Source: a virus (lineage: Duplodnaviria; Caudoviricetes). Taken from it: a DNA stretch of 58,466 bases. Both the position numbers and the translations under genes were made by a program. The notes under the pieces are model-generated. The model did not search any database and was not told where the DNA came from. It saw nothing but the letters and a program-made list of their open reading frames with translations. How positions within the stretch are numbered: the first letter of the stretch is position 1; each line of letters opens with the position of its first letter. Of this stretch, positions 9,339 to 20,121 are shown one piece after another. The DNA lies in the IMG/VR virus record IMGVR_UViG_3300018914_000069, positions 1 to 58,466 of that record. One strand, 5' to 3'.

Positions 9339-12300
9339 TTAATATTTATTAGATTTAATGAGTATATTAAGTCCCTGTAGCCACTGTGCAGGATTATCAG
9401 ATTTCACTGTCATGTTGTTAAAGTGAAAATGATTTTCTGTCACCATTGAAGGGTTAGACATTGGTGTGGTCAGTGCCGCCGCCATATTGCGCAAATTGGG
9501 GAGTAGATTGCTTTGAATATTTTTTGGAGGTATTTGCAGTTCCCCAATGAGCGATTTTGTTAAAGATTCGTGTGGTTTTACATTGAAGAGACGATTGGCA
9601 AGTTGAACGAGTTTATTCGGTGCTTTGTCACCAACAATTCCGCCATCATGATACTTTTTCACTGTAGTAGACCCGCCAGTAGGTGAATGTGTTACGGACG
9701 GTAGGGGAGTGCTCGATCCAGATGGTGGCTTTAAGCTGGCTATAGACCGATATAATGATTTTAAACGCTCAAATTGATCTTCAACCTCATCAGTATAGTT
9801 TTCTAAGTGATTTATTGCTTTAGAATACCAACCCTTTTCACCATGCATGAGTTCATCGAAAGCAAGCGTTCCTTCCTCAGCAGCTTCAATTAAACCTTCC
9901 CAACGCTTTTGCGCTTCTTTAATTTCCTCTTCATGCTTCAACTTAAGATGTTCAAGTTCTTCTTGAAGGAATTCAATCTTTTTATTTTTTGCTTCTTCAA
10001 GTCGTGTAATCTCATCTTCAATTGCTCGTTTAACATCTTCACGCTGATATTGTCTGAGAAGTTCTTCACGTTCCTGTTCAAGTTCTGATACACGTTCTTT
10101 ATCATACGTGTTAATTAATGTTCCATCTTCTTGAACAAAGTCGTGGTCGTTGACACCTTTAATTTTGTTAATCTGGTCGTCAATTTCTTTTAATTTAAGG
10201 AGTCGATCTTCCTTTTCATACTCTTCATCCAGCAATTCCAATTTCTCGCGTTGTTTTTCAATTTGTTTATCATAGTCTTCATTAAGGTCTTCAATTCTTT
10301 TTTCAAGTTTTGAAACAGCTTTTTCATGTTTCTCTTGCAATGCCGCAAGGTGATTTTGCTTTTGTTGCTCAAGTATGTCTTTAATCATACCTTGAATAGA
10401 GCGTCTGGTTTGCTCAATGGAAACCTTATAATCAAGTTGCTGTTTAGTAAGGTCAGCTAATTTTTGACGCAATTCACCTTTTTGAGCTAATGTAAGATTG
10501 CCAAGTTGAAGCTGTTTGTTCACAAGATTGATTTCATCTTGAATGTTCTGCTGGAGAACGTCCATCACTTCGATTTGGAACTGAAGTTCCTCTGTATACT
10601 CTTGAGAAGACTCTCTAAACAAATTCATCCGAGTGCGAGAGAGGTCAAGATGATTACTCAGTTCAGCAGATTTTACAGCATACTCCTCGAACTGTGAATT
10701 AACTTGATCGAAAGAGAGGCTAGAAATTTGTGATTGCAATTGAATAATTTGCTGTTTGAGTTCGTTTGCTCTCTTAAAAGCTTCATCAGAGTCTTTAGGT
10801 GAGCCACCAATTTTGTTTGACTTACCGCCAATGCGCTGAGTCTTTGTGACTTGATCGTATTCCTTCTGGAGAAGAGTGATTTTCTCTTGTAAAAGCTTTT
10901 TCTCTTTTTCAATGTTGTCGCGGTATTCTTGAGAAGCGGAGGAGAGTTGGGCACGTCTAGCTTGTACTTCTTCGAGCTGTGTTTCGATTTCGAGAAGTCG
11001 TTTAGCTGAAGAAGAGAGGGCTTCATACTCGGTTTTGGGAGATTTTGTGCTAGAAGGAGTTTTTGATTTCCCAAAAGTAGGGGAGGAGATAGCCTTCTTT
11101 AAAGCCTCGATCTGCTCAAATTCTGATTTTACACCTTCAACTTGACGTTTGGTCTTTTCTATCTCCATTGCCTCTGTAATGCTTCTGGATTCCCTAATTC
11201 GGGAATCGAGTCCAGAGAGTGCATTTTGCGCATCTGCAACAGATTGGATTGCTTTAATCTCAATACCATAATTATTTAACTTTTTAATTAAATTGGCTTG
11301 TTGATTTGCCAAATCTTGTGCTCGTGCATTGGCAATATCACTAAAAGCCTTAAGTTTACTGTTTCTTAGTTCAAGGATTGCTTGTTGATTTATTTTAACT
11401 TGACCATTTTCAAACGTGAACGCATTGGCGAGTTCTTTTTCCTTAAGAATTAGCTCTGCGGCTTCATCTGCCGTGATTGATTTCCCTTCAGCTAGGTCAT
11501 CTAGTACTTGATTTAAAGATAAAACTTCTTTCTTAGTTGAGTCAAATTGTTTAAATAACTCATCTTGGGTGTTGTTGACTTCTTCTAGGGAGTCAGAAAA
11601 TTCTTCGGTGTCAATTATTCCATTTTTAAAGGTATTATTTAAATCATCTTGGGACTTCTTAACCTTATCGTTTCCGAAGATAATTTTATCAAGTGTAGTT
11701 ATTTGATCATTATTGGCCTTCTTTTTATCTTCTAAGGTTTGAAGTGATTTTTGTGCCTCTAAGAATTCGGTGTCACCTATATCACTTAATTGTTCTTCGT
11801 AAGCTTGCAATTCCTTTACAAAGCTTAGTAATTCTCCACGTTTTTGAGCGTATAGGTCAGCGTTACCTGATTTTTGAATTACTTCAATTTCTTCTTGTTT
11901 TGCGTCGACGATTGCACGAGCATCTTCAATGGCTTTAACTTTATATTTGTTTTGAAATGCTAGTATTTGCTCGTATGTACTTTGATGTTCATCTTGTATT
12001 TTCTTTAAATCATCAGCAGCTTCCGTTATGTCTAAATCTAGCTTTGCATTTTGTGCTTCCAAGGTCGCTTTTGCTAATTTTGCTTGTTCAATAGACATTG
12101 TTTTTAGTGATTCAGCGTAAGCATTTGCTTTTTGAGTATTTATCTCAATTGCATTGCCATATTCATCAGTCGATTGAACTAAAGCTGGCTGTATCCTCTG
12201 AATATCAGACATGACTTGCTGCAATTCTTTTTGTGCATCAGTATTAACAGAGGCTTGAGATTTTAATTCTTCATACTTCTGTACTAAATTTTGTAAATCA

Positions 12301-14276
12301 GATGAAGTGTTTCTTGTCTTTTCTGCAAATTTATGAATATCGTCTGCGCTCTGGGTCACTGCATCTGAAGTAGATATAAACGCCGATACAAGAGCTTCGA
12401 CCCCTACTAAGACAACACCAATAAGCCCAAGAGATAGTTTAAAGCCTTTAACACCTAGTTCGGCTGTTTTTGCAGCAGCACTTATGGCAATAAAAGCTTT
12501 TGAAATACCATAAAGTGATAAAGCAAGTGCAGGAATCGCAATATTTAATCCATTAGTCATCCTTGTAAACTCGGTAAATCCTTGTATTAAGCCAGTAACC
12601 ATCTTAATCGCGGTAGAAAGTCCTGTATTTAGACCGCCATCTGAAATCACAAACACTAATTCTTGCCATGCCCCTTGAAGCGCATTCAATTGATGGGTCA
12701 GAGATTGCATTGCTTTTTCATTCTCTCGCATCGCACTGCCTTGTGAATTCGCAGCAGAAGCACTTGCCTTGGTAGCTACATCCATACCTTGCATTAAGGC
12801 AAGGAATCTGTTTAATTGATAGCGACCAGCGGCACTAATTGCGATATTTTGTTGTTGCTCTTCAGTGAGGTCATTCCACTTGGAGGACAGTTCAGTCAAG
12901 ACCTGAGAAACAGGCTTCAAATTACCTTCCATATCTTTAATGGAAATGCCAACTGCCTGTAATGCGCTTACTGAATCACTAACAGTTGTAAGTCTACTAA
13001 GGATTGTTTTTAGTGAGTTGCCCACCACATTCCCAGATTCCTGAGTACTAGCCTGTATCGCAACGGTGTAACCTAAAAGAGTATTTAAATCTGCACCAAA
13101 GGTCTTTGCAGTTGATCCAGCTTTAATTAGTGACAGAGCCAGATCTTTAGTCGTGGTGCTAAAGTCATTATCAACTTGGTTCAGGCGTGAAATTAGATCT
13201 ACAGAATCTTCCAGTTCGTCATTGAAGACTTTTCTACCCACAATGACTGCCTTTGTTGCTTCTGCTGCGTCTAATTCACTCACATTCATAGCAAGTAATA
13301 CGGCGCGGGCATTTGCAAGTGCCTCTGCTGAACTTTGTCCTGCACGAGCAAATTCAATCAAGGCAGTGTTTGTATTAGTCAGGGTTTGACCAAGTTCTTT
13401 AGATAACTCAATTGAACCCTCGAAAAGTCCCTGAAAGTTAGTGCTATCATCCATAACCCTTTTTAGTTGGGTCATTTGATCGTCCAATTCAATTGCTGTT
13501 TGAATTAGAGATTGTAGCGCATTTACAGTGCCATATACCGCGGTGGTAGCAGCACCCCATTGTAAAATTTTGGAAAGTGCATGGTCAAAATTTCCACTTA
13601 ATGAGTTTGCAGATGCTCTCGCATTTGCCTCCATTTGTTTAAAGGAGGCATTTAATTTTTGTATTTCTTGATTTAATTTTGGCGTAGAGGAGGTGAGTTT
13701 ACTTACAGAGTTTTGGAATTCCTGTAATTGTTTTTTGTCTACATTATTACCGTATGCAGTCAATAAATTTTGTACCTTAATTTGCGCTTGCTGTTTATAG
13801 TTATCTACATTAAAGTCATTACGCTGTTGAACTTTAAGTTGCCTAGATTGCTCTTGGTCAATTTTCCTACGGATTTGCTGTTCAGCTTGTAATGCTTTTT
13901 CACGTTCTTTTGCGATCTTCTGCTCTTCTTTTATTCTCTGGTCTTCAATGGCTTTTCTGGTTTTTTGTTCCTGTTGTAATGCTCTTTCTCTATCTTGCTC
14001 TATTCTTTTTTCTAGTGCAACACGAGTCCTATGTTCTGACTGTAAAACTCGCTCCCGTTCCTTTTCTTGTTTCTGTAGGGCTTTTTCCCACCATAGTTCA
14101 TAATTAGACGCAATACTCCTCAATGCTTCATTTGTTTTATTGAGATGAGATGTATTTACATTGACGCTTAAATTTAAGTTATTAATTTTTAATTGTTTTA
14201 GTTGCTTATTGATTTCTGCTGTAGTTGATTTAAGGTCTAATGAGCCTTGTATGAGAATTCGAAGATCGTCTGCCAT
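9339..14276 (-). CDS. Tape measure protein (TP901-family core)
   Basis: 1645 aa, helical/coiled-coil; TQESGNVVGNSLKTILSRL and AAGRYQLNRFLALM core; C-terminal YHDGGIVG. Confidence 0.92.
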   Translation of the reverse strand: MADDLRILIQGSLDLKSTTAEINKQLKQLKINNLNLSVNVNTSHLNKTNEALRSIASNYELWWEKALQKQEKERERVLQSEHRTRVALEKRIEQDRERALQQEQKTRKAIEDQRIKEEQKIAKEREKALQAEQQIRRKIDQEQSRQLKVQQRNDFNVDNYKQQAQIKVQNLLTAYGNNVDKKQLQEFQNSVSKLTSSTPKLNQEIQKLNASFKQMEANARASANSLSGNFDHALSKILQWGAATTAVYGTVNALQSLIQTAIELDDQMTQLKRVMDDSTNFQGLFEGSIELSKELGQTLTNTNTALIEFARAGQSSAEALANARAVLLAMNVSELDAAEATKAVIVGRKVFNDELEDSVDLISRLNQVDNDFSTTTKDLALSLIKAGSTAKTFGADLNTLLGYTVAIQASTQESGNVVGNSLKTILSRLTTVSDSVSALQAVGISIKDMEGNLKPVSQVLTELSSKWNDLTEEQQQNIAISAAGRYQLNRFLALMQGMDVATKASASAANSQGSAMRENEKAMQSLTHQLNALQGAWQELVFVISDGGLNTGLSTAIKMVTGLIQGFTEFTRMTNGLNIAIPALALSLYGISKAFIAISAAAKTAELGVKGFKLSLGLIGVVLVGVEALVSAFISTSDAVTQSADDIHKFAEKTRNTSSDLQNLVQKYEELKSQASVNTDAQKELQQVMSDIQRIQPALVQSTDEYGNAIEINTQKANAYAESLKTMSIEQAKLAKATLEAQNAKLDLDITEAADDLKKIQDEHQSTYEQILAFQNKYKVKAIEDARAIVDAKQEEIEVIQKSGNADLYAQKRGELLSFVKELQAYEEQLSDIGDTEFLEAQKSLQTLEDKKKANNDQITTLDKIIFGNDKVKKSQDDLNNTFKNGIIDTEEFSDSLEEVNNTQDELFKQFDSTKKEVLSLNQVLDDLAEGKSITADEAAELILKEKELANAFTFENGQVKINQQAILELRNSKLKAFSDIANARAQDLANQQANLIKKLNNYGIEIKAIQSVADAQNALSGLDSRIRESRSITEAMEIEKTKRQVEGVKSEFEQIEALKKAISSPTFGKSKTPSSTKSPKTEYEALSSSAKRLLEIETQLEEVQARRAQLSSASQEYRDNIEKEKKLLQEKITLLQKEYDQVTKTQRIGGKSNKIGGSPKDSDEAFKRANELKQQIIQLQSQISSLSFDQVNSQFEEYAVKSAELSNHLDLSRTRMNLFRESSQEYTEELQFQIEVMDVLQQNIQDEINLVNKQLQLGNLTLAQKGELRQKLADLTKQQLDYKVSIEQTRRSIQGMIKDILEQQKQNHLAALQEKHEKAVSKLEKRIEDLNEDYDKQIEKQREKLELLDEEYEKEDRLLKLKEIDDQINKIKGVNDHDFVQEDGTLINTYDKERVSELEQEREELLRQYQREDVKRAIEDEITRLEEAKNKKIEFLQEELEHLKLKHEEEIKEAQKRWEGLIEAAEEGTLAFDELMHGEKGWYSKAINHLENYTDEVEDQFERLKSLYRSIASLKPPSGSSTPLPSVTHSPTGGSTTVKKYHDGGIVGDKAPNKLVQLANRLFNVKPHESLTKSLIGELQIPPKNIQSNLLPNLRNMAAALTTPMSNPSMVTENHFHFNNMTVKSDNPAQWLQGLNILIKSNKY

Positions 14277-14299
14277 TTTCCCACTCCTTTTTTAACAAT

Positions 14300-14332
14300 A
14301 AAAAAAGAAGTAGGGGAGATGACCCTACTTCT
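14300..14332 (-). terminator. Intrinsic terminator between the lipoprotein gene and the TMP gene
   Basis: AGAAGTAGGG/CCCTACTTCT stem followed by a T-run on the minus strand. Confidence 0.7.
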
Positions 14333-14367
14333 GAAAGTAACCATAACAAAATGAGTGTTGGTTCCAA

Positions 14368-14973
14368 TTATTCTTGTATTGCTATGACAATTCCATTATC
14401 CAAATAAACGTATTTACCTAACTCATAAACCCATTGTTCACTGACACCAGATGTAGTAGTTGTCTTATTGATGTCTTTTGGCTTACCCCAAGACGTTTTT
14501 ACTACCTGTTCAGCAGTCATGCCAATCTGCGGTTTCATATTTGAATAGTCAATAAACTTTGGAGCATTGGGATCTCCTTTAGGAGAAGATATGATAAACG
14601 AAAATTCACTGTTTCTTTTTTCTATATCTGTATGAAAAGCACCAATTTCCTCTTTAAACATTCCATCGTAGTTAGCTGGGATTTTATTAAGGTATCTTAA
14701 TGCGGCTGGATAGGCTACATCTTTAAGCTTATCTGTTTCAGTGTTTTTGATGATTAATTTCGCTTTAACATAATTTAAAATATTAGGCGCATCTTTGTAA
14801 TCACCAATCTTCGATAATATAGGTTCAGCAGCTTCCATATTGTAATTATTAATTAAAGATATTGCATATTGATAATCCTGCTCTCTTGAGTCGGAAAGCA
14901 CAGACATACTTCCACACCCACTCAATAATACAACCGCCAAAACCAACAACCCAATCCATCTATTCATGGACAT
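14368..14973 (-). CDS. Lipoprotein (moron), C-terminal SmpA/DUF2845-like domain
   Basis: Lipobox LLSGC; IGMTAEQV...WGKP.DIN.T....SEQWVY...YVYLDNG motif. Confidence 0.75.
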   Translation of the reverse strand: MSMNRWIGLLVLAVVLLSGCGSMSVLSDSREQDYQYAISLINNYNMEAAEPILSKIGDYKDAPNILNYVKAKLIIKNTETDKLKDVAYPAALRYLNKIPANYDGMFKEEIGAFHTDIEKRNSEFSFIISSPKGDPNAPKFIDYSNMKPQIGMTAEQVVKTSWGKPKDINKTTTTSGVSEQWVYELGKYVYLDNGIVIAIQE

Positions 14974-15073
14974 TACCCCTTAAACTGTTTTACCAACATT
15001 ATACACAAATTGGTAACGTTTAAGAAGTGGGGGAGTAGGACAAAACAAAAGCCACTAAACTTTGATAGTGGCT

Positions 15074-15634
15074 TTAACTCGCATCTTCCTCAGATTGTTC
15101 TTTATTCTTCGAATAGATTCCCAATTCAAAGCAATAATTCAACCTGTTATCAATAACTGGCAAATATGACGAAATGTCCATTTTTTCCTCAAGTAGCATA
15201 TTCTTATGTATATTGGTTGCAGTTGCAAGATCAATGTAACACTCTCTTCCAGTTACATTCTTCGGAAGGTAAGCAAACAGTGGATGAGTACCTTCTACTG
15301 TAGGTTGATACCAAGGCTCAGTTTTATCCTCTTCATAGATGCTGTAGATTTTCGCTACAGTAACATCAAAATGTTCTGTATCTTCATTTAAGACATCAGC
15401 AGATATAACAACTACTTTTCGTGGCTTTATGCTCAATACTACTTGATGAACTTTTCCCGTCAAAAAAGCTTCATTTACAGAAACACAAGTGCCACGATAA
15501 TTGCAGTCATCATCCGGAATAAAGAAGTCCAGTGGCCTTTTGGGAATATAGGGCATGGCTGCCTCAAAGATCCATCCACGCTTAATTAGACTCCAATTTT
15601 GTTTATCCAAGAATTTAGAATTTCTAACTGCCAT
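15074..15634 (-). CDS. PemK/MazF-family endoribonuclease-like protein
   Basis: IKRGWIF...KPRKVVVISAD.LN...VTVAKIYS matches the PemK pattern KRGDI..K.RPVVVIS.D..N..V.VAPITS; longer than usual (186 aa). Confidence 0.7.
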   Translation of the reverse strand: MAVRNSKFLDKQNWSLIKRGWIFEAAMPYIPKRPLDFFIPDDDCNYRGTCVSVNEAFLTGKVHQVVLSIKPRKVVVISADVLNEDTEHFDVTVAKIYSIYEEDKTEPWYQPTVEGTHPLFAYLPKNVTGRECYIDLATATNIHKNMLLEEKMDISSYLPVIDNRLNYCFELGIYSKNKEQSEEDAS

Positions 15635-15638
15635 TATC

Positions 15639-15821
15639 CTAGTCCTCTCTGCGTCTTTTTAAACTAGAAGATCTCATTTGTTCAGGTGTCAACTTTTTAA
15701 GAGGTTTCACTTTTGTATACTGTTGATCTGACTTCAATCCGCGCTTTTCCGCAAGACTAACAATTGTGGAAGGTGCCATCTGTTTCTTCCCCCGTTTCTT
15801 CCTCATAGTTATTCCTCCCAA
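15639..15821 (-). CDS. Small basic protein upstream of the MazF-like gene (possible antitoxin/regulator)
   Basis: RBS GGGAGG before ATG at 15806; 4-bp gap to the toxin gene. Confidence 0.45.
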   Translation of the reverse strand: MGGITMRKKRGKKQMAPSTIVSLAEKRGLKSDQQYTKVKPLKKLTPEQMRSSSLKRRRED

Positions 15822-16101
15822 AGAACACTTTGAAAGAAATATATGAGGAAATAAATACAGTAGAACTGTTGCAATTGAAGGTTAAACGTTAAAGGTTAAA
15901 CCTCCTAATGTCATAATAATATTTGCTACGGAAATAAACAATCTTTTTCTACCAGAAACTAGTATGAAAAGAAAGCAAACTGGGAATAATATAACCACAA
16001 TTTATTTCAAAGGAACAGCATAAAACTAGAATTTAATTCAAATATGTATCCAAGACTGTCAGTAGGGGAGAAGGATACCTACTGACACTGTTAGGTACAT
16101 A

Positions 16102-17067
16102 TTATGCAAATGCGTCATCGAGTTCATCGTCCGTTTCTTTGACAATATAGATCTTAGTTGTCTCGGACGATTCGTGTCCAAGCAGAGCCTGAGCTGATTC
16201 AATGTTTTTGCCGCTTAGTACAAGATGAGTCGCTCGGGTGGATCTCAATTGGTGAGGGTGCACACGTCTTCCGACTATCTCACTGAAAATTTCCGAACAC
16301 CAATAATTAAAGGTGGTTGGATTGACTTGATTTACTTTGCCATCTTTTGTCTTTTTTACAAACACATATGGACAATCATCTTCACCACGAACCTCTAGCC
16401 ATTTTTTTATTGCTTGCATTGCGGTTTCGTCAAATACCAATTTTCTTATCTTACCTTGCTTTGACCTTCCCTTACACCTAATGTTATGAGTGAGGTAATA
16501 AGACTTATCCTTAACCTTTTCGTAATTCGCAACTTCCTTTAGTAGCTGACGTACCTCTTCACGTCTCGCCCCAGAAGAATAGGAAAAATGAATATACGCA
16601 AGCATTTGCCACTCTTCCCGTTCCTCAAGTGTCCTAATTAGATGTCGCAACTCTTCCTCACTTAATGGCTTTTTCTCATTCCTTAATGCTTTCGGAGGAT
16701 TAGGAATCTGTTTGTTATAGATATTTCTGAATAGGGGATAGTCCTCGCCATAATATAACTCAACGTAACCGCAGAGACTGGAAACAACCGAACGCTTTAA
16801 TTTGACAGCACTTGAAGACAATCCACGAGCAAGTAGAAAGTTTTGATACTTCAATGCGTCTCTAGCTTTAAGTTCGTAAATTGGTTTATTCATACACTGA
16901 TCGTGAACGAAACGGAAAAATTGGCGTAAACCCGATTTATATTGCATTAGAGTTTTGTCGGATAAATGTTGCTGTTGCAAGAACTCTTCCGTAATGTCTC
17001 GATTAAATTTATGTACTAAACTCCATTCTTCATCAGTGACCTCTGGCAATTTTTCAAATCTCATCAA
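16102..17067 (-). CDS. yomM: Tyrosine recombinase in the tail operon (SPbeta YomM-like)
   Basis: Intact catalytic set SGARREE, HPHQLR, LLGHES, TTKIY; same position as SPbeta yomM. Confidence 0.85.
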   Translation of the reverse strand: MMRFEKLPEVTDEEWSLVHKFNRDITEEFLQQQHLSDKTLMQYKSGLRQFFRFVHDQCMNKPIYELKARDALKYQNFLLARGLSSSAVKLKRSVVSSLCGYVELYYGEDYPLFRNIYNKQIPNPPKALRNEKKPLSEEELRHLIRTLEEREEWQMLAYIHFSYSSGARREEVRQLLKEVANYEKVKDKSYYLTHNIRCKGRSKQGKIRKLVFDETAMQAIKKWLEVRGEDDCPYVFVKKTKDGKVNQVNPTTFNYWCSEIFSEIVGRRVHPHQLRSTRATHLVLSGKNIESAQALLGHESSETTKIYIVKETDDELDDAFA

Positions 17068-17072
17068 TACAC

Positions 17073-17512
17073 CTACTTCACGTCTAAGCCTTTCTTCTGA
17101 AGACTTTTCTTCAACTCTTGTGCGTGAGCACCTGTTTGTTTTAATTCTTCTCTAGTGTTCTCCGTAAAGGGACGTGGTTTATTAGAATAGGGGAATTCGT
17201 AATCGTACCCAGTTCCTGTTTCCACGGTGTAGGCAATGTACTTGCCTGTTTCCTCATCCACACGCATATTTTGAACGGCTATTCCGTTTTCAATCTCTGA
17301 GACTTTAATATTGTCCCTGTCGATTAAACCGCCATCATACTTTTGTCGAACATAACCGCCTTTTTCGGGAGGAACAGGAGTATACACATCATACACATCT
17401 TCTTGAATATGTCGCTGCATAGTCTTTACAACAACCTCAGAAACATCTTCTTTTAATGATTCATTGATCTGCTTTTGTAAATGCCTAGCTAAATCATTCA
17501 GACTCCTGAATT
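17073..17512 (-). CDS. HK97 gp10-like neck/tail completion protein
   Basis: VYDVYTP, VETGTGY and PRPFTENT motifs; probable start MPQFRS. Confidence 0.6.
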
Positions 17513-18015
17513 GCGGCATCAGTATCAACTTCTTCCTCAACGTTAAAATCCATGTTCTTCAAAGCAATGTTCTCAAATACATTGGTTATTTTGTTTTGCA
17601 ATAGAGGTAAGTTATCGAGAGTTTTCTTCGTAATTCGGTTTAACTTGTTCAGTTGTTCTTCATCAAATGATTTCAGAATTGGTTCTAGGATTTCCAAGTC
17701 AACTAGACGTTGAGCGTAGGCAATGATTTCAGCGATGGAGAGGGGGATTTCTAGAGAGGTAAAATTACGAATCAGGAGCATATTTTCAATTAGCATGGTG
17801 TTTGCCAATGTGTCCTGATCAATTCCTTTTTCCTTGACCTCTTCCATGACAATTCCATACTCAAGCATATATTTGGTTATTTTAGTTGGACGGAACTCTA
17901 CATCGACCAATACTTGACTGTTCAATTCGGGGAAATGTACCACTTTACGCTCATCTAATTTCTTGTCTAACTTGACTACATCTTGTAGAGTCAGATTTTT
18001 TACTTTTTTACTCAT
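17494..18015 (-). CDS. Putative tail assembly chaperone
   Basis: Follows the major tail gene; helical and acidic. Confidence 0.45.
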   Translation of the reverse strand: MSKKVKNLTLQDVVKLDKKLDERKVVHFPELNSQVLVDVEFRPTKITKYMLEYGIVMEEVKEKGIDQDTLANTMLIENMLLIRNFTSLEIPLSIAEIIAYAQRLVDLEILEPILKSFDEEQLNKLNRITKKTLDNLPLLQNKITNVFENIALKNMDFNVEEEVDTDAAIQESE

Positions 18016-18103
18016 AATTTCCCTCCCAGAAATTTTTAAATGAAACCTGTATTTTATAAAAATAGGGTAGAGATTAACTTCTCTACCCTATTAATTTTAT
18101 TTA

Positions 18104-18874
18104 TTACGTCATGAACACATAATCAGCATACACAAAATCTCCGCCAACTTTTTCAGCAAACAAGTCAAATGTGATACTAAGTGTTGTAGCGTCAGCACTT
18201 GACATAGTAATTTCGAAGTTGCCCTGTGGACGTGCTTTGTAGAAGGTAATATTTGTTGCAACATCAGCTTCAGTTACTTGGTCACGAGCGATTCCAACAC
18301 CAATCAGTCGCATAGCTTTAGCAAATTTTGTTGCCTTAACAGAGAATTTAGTTACGGTAGAAGGGGTGGCATGTTGATACCATACTACCACTTGCTTATT
18401 ATTGTCGGCAGTATTGAACGTAAGTGTTGTACCAGAAATGGAATATTGACCCGCAGTAGGTGCTGATGCAGTCTTTGTCAAAGCCGTTCCGTTGTCACGA
18501 GTACCGTTAAGGAAGTATACAGACGGATTTGTTCCAGCAAGTGGTGTTTGAGATAGGGTAGCAGATCCACCTGTAACAGTTAACACTTCTCGCTTGTAAA
18601 CATTCTGTGCTTGACCAGTAACTAGAGAATCTCCACCAAGAGCCGCTAACAGATTTAGGTCAACAAGGGGAATTTCAAGTCGAAGTTCACTTGTTTTTGT
18701 ATGATCAAATGCTAGAAGACGACCATTACCCTGACCGCCAGTAATGAATGTCCGTTCAGATGCGACAGCATTTGTAGTTGCGGTAGCATAATCAATGAAA
18801 AACAGAGGATTGCCAGTTGTATAATCCAGAGCTTGTAAGTCCATGACTTCCTTAATTCCATATTGAAGACTCAT
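18104..18874 (-). CDS. Major tail tube protein
   Basis: YGIKEV, ITGGQGN..L..FD and T/A-rich beta sequence; followed by a hairpin at 18061-18092. Confidence 0.7.
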   Translation of the reverse strand: MSLQYGIKEVMDLQALDYTTGNPLFFIDYATATTNAVASERTFITGGQGNGRLLAFDHTKTSELRLEIPLVDLNLLAALGGDSLVTGQAQNVYKREVLTVTGGSATLSQTPLAGTNPSVYFLNGTRDNGTALTKTASAPTAGQYSISGTTLTFNTADNNKQVVVWYQHATPSTVTKFSVKATKFAKAMRLIGVGIARDQVTEADVATNITFYKARPQGNFEITMSSADATTLSITFDLFAEKVGGDFVYADYVFMT

Positions 18875-18898
18875 TATTGAATTCCTCCTGTAAATATT

Positions 18899-19621
18899 TT
18901 AGTTATCTAACTTAGTTGCCCAATGCTTCAAGTCAATTAACTTTGGATCTGAAGTATGGGGTAGTAGATAGAATTGAGAATCATATTGATCTTTCATTAG
19001 AAGGCGAATATATTTTGTATATAATTGATATACCGTGAGGTTTAATACATCAAAAATGCTTAAATTTGGACTGTAAGCAGCAATTATCGAGGCAATATCT
19101 CCAATAGATAGACCATTTTCCTTTTTGTGCTGTCTAACTTTTTCTTTCATGGACTTGAGCTTTTCGATATATTTTGACGCAACCTCATTTACTGGTTTAT
19201 ACTCTTGCTCTTTTGATTCCTTGATATAATTTTGGAGAGAAATGACTTTTTGGATTTCAGCCCACTTTTCTTCTGTTATTTTTCGAAAACCTTCTTTTGT
19301 CTTGAAATAAAAAAAACCTTCTTCAGAAAAACACACATCTTCTCTGAAAAAAAGGTTGAATCCAAAGTTCATCATTCTTTTAAAGTCGGGATCTTGAAAA
19401 TAATACGCAAGAATCAAATCATAATTTGAAATGTCATCACTACCATCAAATCGCATGCTGCTTTTTGATAACAAGAAAAATGACGTTATTAGATTGTAAT
19501 TCGACTCGCCTATCTCCGCAATATCTCGAATGGTCAATGGATATAAGCTTCCGACAGATTCAATCGCAATTGGAAGTCCTGCGAGTAATTTCAACTCAAG
19601 GTCATTATTGTTCATGATCAA
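18899..19621 (-). CDS. Conserved SPbeta-like morphogenesis protein
   Basis: Position in the head-tail block; ends KHW. Confidence 0.5.
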   Translation of the reverse strand: MIMNNNDLELKLLAGLPIAIESVGSLYPLTIRDIAEIGESNYNLITSFFLLSKSSMRFDGSDDISNYDLILAYYFQDPDFKRMMNFGFNLFFREDVCFSEEGFFYFKTKEGFRKITEEKWAEIQKVISLQNYIKESKEQEYKPVNEVASKYIEKLKSMKEKVRQHKKENGLSIGDIASIIAAYSPNLSIFDVLNLTVYQLYTKYIRLLMKDQYDSQFYLLPHTSDPKLIDLKHWATKLDN

Positions 19622-20118
19622 TTCTCACTTCCAAAGAGATACCTCAATCGATATCCAACATAACCATTAGGTGCGCCAATTTCTCTGCCTGATTTAAATT
19701 CTGCTTTACCCATACCTGTGATTCTTTGGTTAAATAACAGGTCATTCAAACGATCACATATCCATGAAAGTCTTTGATCTAAATCATCGAATTTCATGTG
19801 AACCAGAACATCAAACACCATTTCCTGATCTGCAATCAGATAATTTCTAGTAGAGTTCCTCGTCCCAGCATAAAACAACAAACGACACTTTGGAGTGTCG
19901 TCTACAAGGTCATCAACTTTCGGAGTCGTCTTGATCCTATCTAAAATAATTGACCACTTTTCGTTATCAGGCATTTCCAAAATGTTTTGCTTAGAAGGGG
20001 AGAGGGGAGAGTCCAAAGGATTAGAGGCAGGATAGTACAGTAAACGTAGCAGCGTTTCATCTGTGGTCAATACTTTATATATATCTTGAATATTTTTACG
20101 CATTTCCATGTCCCACAC
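19618..20118 (-). CDS. Tail terminator/completion protein
   Basis: DETLLRLLYY, FDVLVH and APNGYVGYRLRY; head-tail joining position. Confidence 0.55.
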   Translation of the reverse strand: MWDMEMRKNIQDIYKVLTTDETLLRLLYYPASNPLDSPLSPSKQNILEMPDNEKWSIILDRIKTTPKVDDLVDDTPKCRLLFYAGTRNSTRNYLIADQEMVFDVLVHMKFDDLDQRLSWICDRLNDLLFNQRITGMGKAEFKSGREIGAPNGYVGYRLRYLFGSEN

Positions 20119-20121
20119 CTC

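Noticed and set aside
15822-16020. Type III toxin-antitoxin RNA repeat array upstream of the MazF-like gene
   Set aside because: Only a 10-bp duplication (GTTTAACCTT) is present; there are no tandem repeats of about 35 nt.
17073-18015. Programmed -1 frameshift in the tail chaperone
   Set aside because: The downstream gene has its own GGAGG RBS and no convincing slippery heptamer lies at the overlap.
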